A stretch of 64,000 bases of DNA from the NCBI GenBank assembly GCA_964489525.1, contig CAZAYY010000001.1, forward strand, positions 2,248 to 66,247, written 5' to 3'. Below are positions 24,942-32,362 of the stretch, piece after piece. The DNA comes from an uncultured Anaerolineales bacterium (GTDB taxonomy: Bacteria; Chloroflexota; Anaerolineae; Anaerolineales; JABWBV01). A model generated the notes under the pieces. The model made no database searches, was not told the origin of the DNA, and saw nothing but the letters and a program-made list of their open reading frames with translations. Within the stretch, counting starts at the first letter, position 1, and the number at the start of each line of letters is the position of its first letter. The position numbers were made by a program, and so were the translations under genes.

Positions 24942-27900
24942 TTAGCGGCGCAAAAGCGGCAGGTATACCTGGTGCGGGGTGATGATGGCGTAGACCTGGA
25001 TCACATAGGTGAACCCATCATCCCGCTGTCCCTCCTGCCCACCAGCCAAATCTCCAGGGCTGGAAATGATCAGTTCAGCCCTGTATTCGCCAAAAGGCAG
25101 GCCGTGGTTCAGGTTCACCAGCAGGTTGTCCGGCGTTTGGCCTCCGGGGGCGGAAAGGGTCAACCAGGTGGCCGTAGTGACTGCCGTCCACGAGATGGGG
25201 GTGCTGTAATCCAGGTTATACACATTGATCAATGCCGCAGTTTCGCCGGGCTGGTTGGTGAGGACAATTAAGCCATCATCGGGTGAAATGCGCAGTTCAG
25301 TGGGCTGCAGCGGGAGCAGCGCGGTATCCGTAACCACGCCCAGGGTAAACAGCAGTTCGCTGGCATCCCCGTGGCTGTCCACGGCGCGCAGGGTGATGGT
25401 ATGTTCGCCCGGCGCAAGCTGCACAGGCAGCACACTCCCTGTGCCCAGCAAGCCCGACACATCCGATGTCCAGGAAATTTGAAGATCGTCCAGGGCGTCG
25501 CCGTCCGGGTCGGTGACCCAGGCGCGCAGCGGGATGGTTTGATCCACCAGGAAAACCGCACCCGGGGCGGGGTGCGCCAGCCCCAGGTCCGGGGGTTGGT
25601 TAGGCACCACAAACGCGCCGCTGTCTGCGTACACGGTGTGCAGCCCATCACTGGCCATCACCCGCAGGCGGGCAGCAGGGCTGGCGCTGATTTGGGAGCG
25701 GGAGATGGTGAGCGTGGGGGTCACCAGGTCGGTGGCCAGGGTGCGCCAGCTTTGGCCGTCATCCGGGCTGAACAGTACGCTGAAGTACAGCAGGTCGCCG
25801 TCCGGGTCGCCCGCTTCCCAGGCAAGCGCAATGTTTCCCTCGCCCAGGATTTCCGGCGCCAGGGCGGGCCAGGCAGGCTGCAGCACTGCACTGAATGGAG
25901 AAACCTGTTCAAACAACAGCGGGGCGGTCAGTGTCAGCGTGGGCGGGTTGGGGCTGGCCTGGATGCTGCCCAGCAAAGCGCTGCTGGGACCGGTCACTTC
26001 CAGCAGTTCCACACCGGCTGGCAGGGCCACTGCCTGGGTGAACAAAACCTCCGCGCCGCCTTCGTAAGCAGAGTTGTCGCGCATTTCCAGCGGCACGCTT
26101 TGCAGCAGAACCCCGCCCGCACCGCGCAGCACAAGGGTATACTCGCTGGCTGCCGGGGGCAGATCCGGGTAGGCTTCCGGCAATACGTACAGCGGCATAA
26201 ACGCAAACTGGCTTTCAATGGCGTCGTAGATTGCGCTGAACAGCAAAACCGGGCCAGGCGCGCCTTGTGCCTGGCGGGTTGATTCTTCCCTGGGTAGGTT
26301 GCCGACAAAATTGATGATCGCTTGCCAGGTATAATCGCTGATCCATTTGTTATTGCAGTAGGTCATGATATCGCCGTACCGGTTGTACCAATACGTCTCC
26401 TCATCCTGGATGTTAAAGCCCACGAACATCCGCGTTCGATCGCCTAACAGACCATCCTCGTAGGGATAGTTGTCGTCCACGCCTTCGGGTTTTGTGCAGG
26501 GCATCCACTCATCATCAGTAGGTGCATCCACATGCTGGCGGCCTTGAACATGCCCGAGTTCGTGCATCAGCGTGCGCCCATCCGTTGAATCAACAACGAA
26601 TAAAGTCAATCCAACCGCCATCCCGGCAATTTTGAATGTGCTGTTATCGGCTCTGCGCCCGATGATTCCGGCATGGTCGGGGATCAGGCCTCCGTAAATG
26701 GTGCCCGCCTCGGTTGCACCGGAGGCAATATCTCTTGCCAGCAAACCTGATAAAAAGCCCATAACCTGGTTGCTGGACGGCTTGGTTGGGGCAGCGGGCA
26801 TGACTGCCGAACGGACCTGGTAATTCATATTCACCGGGTAGTGATTTCGCATCATTTCCAACATCGCTGCCAGGTTTTCTTCGTTGGGGCGAATAATGGT
26901 GCAGGGTTGGAACAGCGGGCAAACGTTGTAAGACACTTTGTAAATCACCAGCGAAGCGTTGGGCGGTGGGGAAGTAAACGAAACTTGCAGGCTGATCTGG
27001 TTGTCGGTATAGTTCTCTTCTTGAATAGCCTGGTCGGCATTTATTTCTGCCACCAGGTTAAGCATTCCCTGGCTCATGTGCGCAGGCAGTTCATACCAGT
27101 AGTGCGTGTTGAAGCCCTCTTCACCTATAAACCCTTGCCAGCCGGATTTAAGTGGGCGCGGGTTTAACGCTTCAAGGCGCTGTCCATTGGCGTACACATC
27201 CATTTTGACATTGTCCGGTGGTCGATTTCGGCATTCGGGGAAAGCGGTTTTAATAACCACAGAAGGAGAGTAGCGTATAAAAGTCTGGCGACCAGCAACC
27301 AGAGGTACATTTTGCGTGTAGGCCCCCTGGATGGTTTGGACAACCTGGATCTGGCTCTCGAAGTTTCCAGTAAAGTTAACGCAAATTGGCGGCGTATCAT
27401 CGTCTTCGATGGATGCCAGGATCTGGACCGGGCTTTGCCTGTCCAGCCTGGCATTTTGCGGGTTTTGTAAAACCACACTGAAAGTTTCAAGGGGTTCTTC
27501 CAGGTCATCTTGCAGTACCCGCAAGGTGCAGGGCATCAGCACCTGTCCCGGGTCAAAGGTAATGGTCTGCAGGCGTTCAACACTGTAATCCTGCATGCGC
27601 GTGGCAGTACCGCCGCCAAACGCACAGGTCACCCGCACCGGGATGGGCGATGGAGCAGAGAGCTGAACATAAATCAGCCCAGTCCCTCCTGAATTGGCCT
27701 CGGAAAATGTTACAGCGCTCTTCTGAAAAAAGACGGAGGGAATATCATCGTCTTCAATAACCAGCGTCATCTGGTTATCAATGTAGGGGGTGGGTAAGCC
27801 GTTGGTGTCGCGCAGAAGCCCAAACACGGCATTGGATGGGTTTGCCAGTTTTAACCCGATAACCTCATCGTTTTCGCCCGTTATAGCGTCGTTGGTGATG

Positions 27901-30900
27901 GAGAGTGGGAAAGCCTGGCTGGTTTGCCCGGGGGCAAAATTCAGAGTTCCGGGGGTAAAGCTGTAATCGTCCGGGCTGGCCTGGATGGCCAGACTGAGCG
28001 GGTCGGGGCTGGCCAGCAGGTAGCCCACCCGCACTTTGTGTTGGGAAGGGCGGTCGAGGGTGACAACGACCTGCACCGTTCCATCGCCTTCGCTAACGAC
28101 CTGGCGGCGCATGGCAAAACGCACCACGGGTTGGGGGTCGTTGTTTAAAATGTCAAAAGTGGCTTGGGCTGGTTCCCCCAGGGTAAGCGCGCCAATCGGG
28201 GAATGCAGGCTGACCAGCAGGCGTTCCGTCTCTGGCTCGTGGATGTTGTCGTTGATGATATTAAATGGGATGGTTTGTTCAGTTTGCCCTGCGGAAAAGT
28301 TCAGCACGCCATCAACCCCAGTGTAATCCTGCCCGACGGTGGCGGTTTCAGGGGTGAAGGCATACGAAACCTGGTAGGAAAAAGCCGGGTTGGGGTTGAA
28401 CAGCCGCACCACCAGGCTGACCTGCCCGGCGCTTTCGGCTGCGGAATACGCCTCGCGCTCAAATGTCACATACGGCGCGCCCAACACCGTGATTGGTACG
28501 CTGTCGGTAGTGATGGATGGGGCCGGGCCGCCGGTGTTGCCCATATCGTTGCTGGCAATCTGAATGGCGGCAGGTCCGCTGTAGCCCCCGGTGGGGCGGA
28601 AGCGCAGGCCATCCAGGGCCCGGTTCACCAGGTCTATGCGCGCTTTAAAGCTGATGACGGCGTTGTCGCCGGTGTAGGGCAGGGTGAAATTCAGCCCGAT
28701 CACATTCGGGTTGAGCGCCAGGGTGCCGTTTTCCGCTCGCAGCGTAACGCTGATGGGCGTGTTGGTGGGTACATCCACATCGCTCACCGCCAGGCGGTTG
28801 CCCGCCGCAGCGTATAAGAACGAGTCCGTGTTTGGGGGGATAGTTTGCGCCGGGGGCAGGGCGTGGACGGGCGGGTCGTTTACCGGCGCGACAAAGATGC
28901 TGAAGAAAGCCTCCAGGGTTTTCTCTCCACCTGCGCCGCTCAAACCGCCATCGGCAGCCTGCACCTTCAAAGAGGTTTGCCCATTGAAATCGGGCGCCAG
29001 GTGAAGCTGCATGCCATCCAGGGCGGCGTTGGTGTCGGTCAGGGTGGCCTGCCAGGTCATCACCGTATCTGTAATGCCGTCGCCCAGGCTGAAGACCAGC
29101 CCTTGCTGGCTTGCCAGGGTGAGGGCAGCGCCGGTCCCCATGGAAAGGGTCACCCGCAGCGTGCCGGTGTAAATGTCCGGGTCGTAAAGTTCCAGGCGGT
29201 TTGCACCGCCAAACGCAAAAGCCTGGTCTTCCTGCAAAAACAGAAACCCCCCTGGGGAGCTAACCAGGCGCGGCGCATCGTTCACCGGGGAATAGAAAAT
29301 GGGCACAACGTGGGTGGCTACCCCCGGACCGCCAGCCGCAGGGTGGGAAAGGTCGTTCACCTCGACCAGCAGGCTGGCCGCACCGGTATAGTCGGGCAGG
29401 GGGGTCAGGTACATATCGAGCAGGGCGGCTTGCAGATCGGCCAGGGTGCCTTCGGCAATCAGAGCCGCATCGCCAACACCGTCCCCTTGCAGGAAGGTCA
29501 GCCCGGCCGCCTGCCCCAGCGTCACCCAGCCGTGCGTGGCTTCCACCCGCAGGCGCAAAACCGATGCGCCTGCGTCCAGGTCATCCAGGGCAAAATCAGT
29601 CTGGTAAGCGGGGGAGAAGGCCAGCGGGTAATCTTCGGGCAGGCTTTGGGTGCCGGGCCCAGCCAGGGTGGGGGGAATGTTGGGAATAAGGTACTCCACT
29701 GCGCCAATGTCGCAGCGGGCAGTTGCGTCCCCATCGCCATCCGCCGGGCGGGGAGCAGTGCGCTGGTCGTGGTCCAGCGCCAGGGTAGCAGCCTGGTCAG
29801 AGAAGCAGCCCGCCGGGTTTCCGGCGTCAATGGCCGGGCTGGATTCGTCCAGCAAATGGGCTGCGGCGTACGGCAAAGCCTCCAGGCCAGGAGTGGCAGC
29901 CAACGGTGTAAGCAGCGGGTCGGTGTTCACCTGGTCGCCTGCCGCATTCAACCCGCAGCCAGAACCGTCTTCCAGGTTGTAGCCCTGCGAAGACCCGCCG
30001 GAAAGCACCGCACTGCAGTTGTTGGGCGCGCCGTTGGCAAGGCCGCCAGCAATAATGGTGTTGCGAATGGCAGTGCTGCCGTTGATGTGGGCTTGCAGGT
30101 TGCCGCCGCCGTTGGCCTGGCGCGCCACACCATCCGCCAGGGTGACATTGTACAGGGACAGGACACTGTTAGAATCGTTGCCACCAGGCGTCCGGGCAAC
30201 GCCCCCGCCAAAGGCGCCCTCATTGGCAGACAGGGTGACGTTCACCAGGGCAGCGCTGGCATTGCCAGAGAGGAAAACCCCGCCGCCCCCGCCAGCGGCG
30301 GTGGCCAGGTTGCCGGCCAGCAGGCTGTCTTGAATCAACGCCTGGGTAGCGGGCTGCAGGGAAAGCGCGCCGCCGTTCCCGCCATCCGCTTGGTTAAGCT
30401 CAAAAGCGCCCCGCTGGATGTCCAGGTTCAAGTCAGATGTCCAGATCGCGCCGCCGCCTGCCGACCCTGCCCGGTTGCGGGTGAACTGGCTGTCGGCAAT
30501 GGTGACATTCGGTTTTGGCCCGCCGCAGCAGGGCTTTTCCAGGTACAGCGCGCCGCCGCCGGTAGACGTCCAATAGCCAGTGCGATTGTTTTCAAACAGG
30601 CTGTTGTGTACCGTAAGCGAACTGGCTTTCAACCAGCCAGCGCCGCCCTGGGAAGAAGTGCTGTTGTTGCGAAAAACCGAACCGGTCAGTTCCAGGCTGT
30701 TGGCAGACAACACCAGCAGCGCCCCGCCGCCGCCGGATGTGCTGGTGTTGGTCAAGAACTGGCTGGATTGGATTGCCACGGACGCGGCATTGATGCTCAA
30801 CGCCCCGCCGCCTGCCGCCGTGTTCTCGGTAAATAGCGTATTGCTGATCACCCCATTGGCATCCATGCGGATCGCCCCGCCGTAGCCTGCCGGGCTGCCG

Positions 30901-31889
30901 TTGTCCAGCACGGTGTTGTCGAAAAAGATAGAGTTGTAAATATTGAGTGTACCCGCGGCATAAATGGCCCCGCCATCCAGGCGGGCTCGGTTGTGTTCAA
31001 AGGTGCTGTCGTAAATGTTCACCGTGAAAACAGCGCCGCCCAGCCGGTCAATGACCGCCCCGCGCCCGCTCTGGTTTAGGGCATTGACGGTGTTGGTGTT
31101 GCTGTAAAAAGCACTGCTGGACACGCTCAGTTGGGCATTTTGCCCCATCTGCACCACCGGGTAGCTGTGGTGGTGCAGGTCGCTGTTCTCAATGGACAGG
31201 CTGCCTTCATTATAAAACGCCCCGGTCCAGTTGCCGCTGAAATCGCTGTGGACCACCTGCATTTGCGCCCCACTGGCAATATACAGGTTTCCCATTGGCC
31301 CCCCGGCATCGTCATAATTGGCGTTGCCTGTAACCAGGGTGTCGCTGATCAGCGTGGTGCTGCCGCTTTGCGCCCACACTGCCGCTCCGGAGAGGCAGCA
31401 GCGGGCATTGTCCTTGAGCACGCTGGAACGAATTTCCAGCGTACCCAGGTTGTTGATAGCCCCGCAACCCCGGCAATTTGCCCGCTGCACCGTCAATTCC
31501 ACCAGGGTGAGCGCAGTCGTGGCCGGGACATTAAAAATCCCCACAGCATGATTCCCATCCAGGGTCACCAACCCCCCGCCGTCGATCACATAGGTCTTGC
31601 CGGCCTGGAGGTCAATTCGGGCGGTAAACACAATCGTCACCGGGTCGGGCCCGCAGTTAAACGTGACATACAGGTTGTCCCCACTGCCCAGGGCTGCCAC
31701 CAGTGCATTGCGCGTGCAGCTTTCGGGGGTGCCGCTGCCCACCACAACCGGATTCAGCGCCAGGGCGAGCTGCGCTTCGCCAGGCGCTGTACTATGCGCC
31801 TGCGCCGAACCTGGCAGCAGCCAAAACAGCCCGATAACCAGGCAAATCCCAATCACAACCGAACCCAGAAAGGCCAGCGATTTTTTCAT
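24942..31889 (-). CDS. giant (2315-aa) secreted multidomain protein: beta-helix, cadherin-like VNDAP modules, three Calx-beta, a metzincin-type protease region and Ig-like modules, with the C-terminal VYLPLLRR tail
   Basis: The signal peptide is MKKSLAFLGSVVIGICLVIGLFWLLPGSAQA. Beta-helix rungs with GGAI/GGAL span about 29700-31800 and end in CDIGAVEY. Three modules end in P(V)NDAP/NDPP (about 28480-29700). Three Calx-beta domains (GQDYTGVDGVLNFSAGQTEQTIPF, and similar) span about 27440-28475. HELGHVQGRQH lies at 26532-26564. Beta-sandwich-like C-terminal modules follow. Confidence 0.85.
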   Translation of the reverse strand: MKKSLAFLGSVVIGICLVIGLFWLLPGSAQAHSTAPGEAQLALALNPVVVGSGTPESCTRNALVAALGSGDNLYVTFNCGPDPVTIVFTARIDLQAGKTYVIDGGGLVTLDGNHAVGIFNVPATTALTLVELTVQRANCRGCGAINNLGTLEIRSSVLKDNARCCLSGAAVWAQSGSTTLISDTLVTGNANYDDAGGPMGNLYIASGAQMQVVHSDFSGNWTGAFYNEGSLSIENSDLHHHSYPVVQMGQNAQLSVSSSAFYSNTNTVNALNQSGRGAVIDRLGGAVFTVNIYDSTFEHNRARLDGGAIYAAGTLNIYNSIFFDNTVLDNGSPAGYGGAIRMDANGVISNTLFTENTAAGGGALSINAASVAIQSSQFLTNTSTSGGGGALLVLSANSLELTGSVFRNNSTSSQGGAGWLKASSLTVHNSLFENNRTGYWTSTGGGALYLEKPCCGGPKPNVTIADSQFTRNRAGSAGGGAIWTSDLNLDIQRGAFELNQADGGNGGALSLQPATQALIQDSLLAGNLATAAGGGGGVFLSGNASAALVNVTLSANEGAFGGGVARTPGGNDSNSVLSLYNVTLADGVARQANGGGNLQAHINGSTAIRNTIIAGGLANGAPNNCSAVLSGGSSQGYNLEDGSGCGLNAAGDQVNTDPLLTPLAATPGLEALPYAAAHLLDESSPAIDAGNPAGCFSDQAATLALDHDQRTAPRPADGDGDATARCDIGAVEYLIPNIPPTLAGPGTQSLPEDYPLAFSPAYQTDFALDDLDAGASVLRLRVEATHGWVTLGQAAGLTFLQGDGVGDAALIAEGTLADLQAALLDMYLTPLPDYTGAASLLVEVNDLSHPAAGGPGVATHVVPIFYSPVNDAPRLVSSPGGFLFLQEDQAFAFGGANRLELYDPDIYTGTLRVTLSMGTGAALTLASQQGLVFSLGDGITDTVMTWQATLTDTNAALDGMQLHLAPDFNGQTSLKVQAADGGLSGAGGEKTLEAFFSIFVAPVNDPPVHALPPAQTIPPNTDSFLYAAAGNRLAVSDVDVPTNTPISVTLRAENGTLALNPNVIGLNFTLPYTGDNAVISFKARIDLVNRALDGLRFRPTGGYSGPAAIQIASNDMGNTGGPAPSITTDSVPITVLGAPYVTFEREAYSAAESAGQVSLVVRLFNPNPAFSYQVSYAFTPETATVGQDYTGVDGVLNFSAGQTEQTIPFNIINDNIHEPETERLLVSLHSPIGALTLGEPAQATFDILNNDPQPVVRFAMRRQVVSEGDGTVQVVVTLDRPSQHKVRVGYLLASPDPLSLAIQASPDDYSFTPGTLNFAPGQTSQAFPLSITNDAITGENDEVIGLKLANPSNAVFGLLRDTNGLPTPYIDNQMTLVIEDDDIPSVFFQKSAVTFSEANSGGTGLIYVQLSAPSPIPVRVTCAFGGGTATRMQDYSVERLQTITFDPGQVLMPCTLRVLQDDLEEPLETFSVVLQNPQNARLDRQSPVQILASIEDDDTPPICVNFTGNFESQIQVVQTIQGAYTQNVPLVAGRQTFIRYSPSVVIKTAFPECRNRPPDNVKMDVYANGQRLEALNPRPLKSGWQGFIGEEGFNTHYWYELPAHMSQGMLNLVAEINADQAIQEENYTDNQISLQVSFTSPPPNASLVIYKVSYNVCPLFQPCTIIRPNEENLAAMLEMMRNHYPVNMNYQVRSAVMPAAPTKPSSNQVMGFLSGLLARDIASGATEAGTIYGGLIPDHAGIIGRRADNSTFKIAGMAVGLTLFVVDSTDGRTLMHELGHVQGRQHVDAPTDDEWMPCTKPEGVDDNYPYEDGLLGDRTRMFVGFNIQDEETYWYNRYGDIMTYCNNKWISDYTWQAIINFVGNLPREESTRQAQGAPGPVLLFSAIYDAIESQFAFMPLYVLPEAYPDLPPAASEYTLVLRGAGGVLLQSVPLEMRDNSAYEGGAEVLFTQAVALPAGVELLEVTGPSSALLGSIQASPNPPTLTLTAPLLFEQVSPFSAVLQPAWPALAPEILGEGNIALAWEAGDPDGDLLYFSVLFSPDDGQSWRTLATDLVTPTLTISRSQISASPAARLRVMASDGLHTVYADSGAFVVPNQPPDLGLAHPAPGAVFLVDQTIPLRAWVTDPDGDALDDLQISWTSDVSGLLGTGSVLPVQLAPGEHTITLRAVDSHGDASELLFTLGVVTDTALLPLQPTELRISPDDGLIVLTNQPGETAALINVYNLDYSTPISWTAVTTATWLTLSAPGGQTPDNLLVNLNHGLPFGEYRAELIISSPGDLAGGQEGQRDDGFTYVIQVYAIITPHQVYLPLLRR
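26532..26564 (-). other. HExxHxxGxxH zinc-binding signature (metzincin type) inside the 2315-aa CDS
   Basis: Minus-strand codons read L M H E L G H V Q G R Q H V. Context: FVVDSTDGRTLMHELGHVQGRQHVDAP. Confidence 0.6.
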
Positions 31890-32085
31890 AACGGCTCCAA
31901 GGAGGTAAATTTGCAGTGCTGAGAATTATAAATGGAAACAGCGTCTTTTGAAAATCATTAATGGTTGTACCGCTCGGAATGACACGCAGTGGTTGCGCCC
32001 TCCAGTAGGGATGGGTCACAGCGCAGCGGAAACGTGGCAGTTCCCCAATCCAGATCCTGCAGAACGTGAATAACTCGCTTGACGC

Positions 32086-32202
32086 GTTCCCGCGTTACCG
32101 TTATTTTCAAGATCTCCTGTGTCTGTCTTTACGACACACTAGGGATACCGCTCCAGACCCACCAAAAAGGATATTAATAAAAACCTGCGGTAACGCGGGA
32201 AC
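32086..32202. promoter_or_regulatory. perfect 15-bp inverted repeat pair in the divergent intergenic region between the 2315-aa gene and the LAL regulator
   Basis: GTTCCCGCGTTACCG at 32086-32100 and its exact reverse complement CGGTAACGCGGGAAC at 32188-32202 are separated by 87 nt. Confidence 0.45.
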
Positions 32203-32362
32203 ATTGTAGATACGGATAGGGTCGCGAGCGCATTCCCCGGCAGAATGCCGCAAGAACTGGCCTACCGAGGCCCAAAGCCCTTTCGTTCTGTTTGTATTGA
32301 TCTGTTCTGCTTACAATAAAGTACACAATGATAGGCCAATCCTGGCCAAGTATAATATTTAC

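Noticed and set aside
28845-30836. 663-aa plus-strand ORF, together with 25371-26282, 28164-28817 and 31131-31922
   Set aside because: These ORFs are antisense to the 2315-aa CDS. They have low-complexity Arg/Gly/Ala composition and no recognisable motif.
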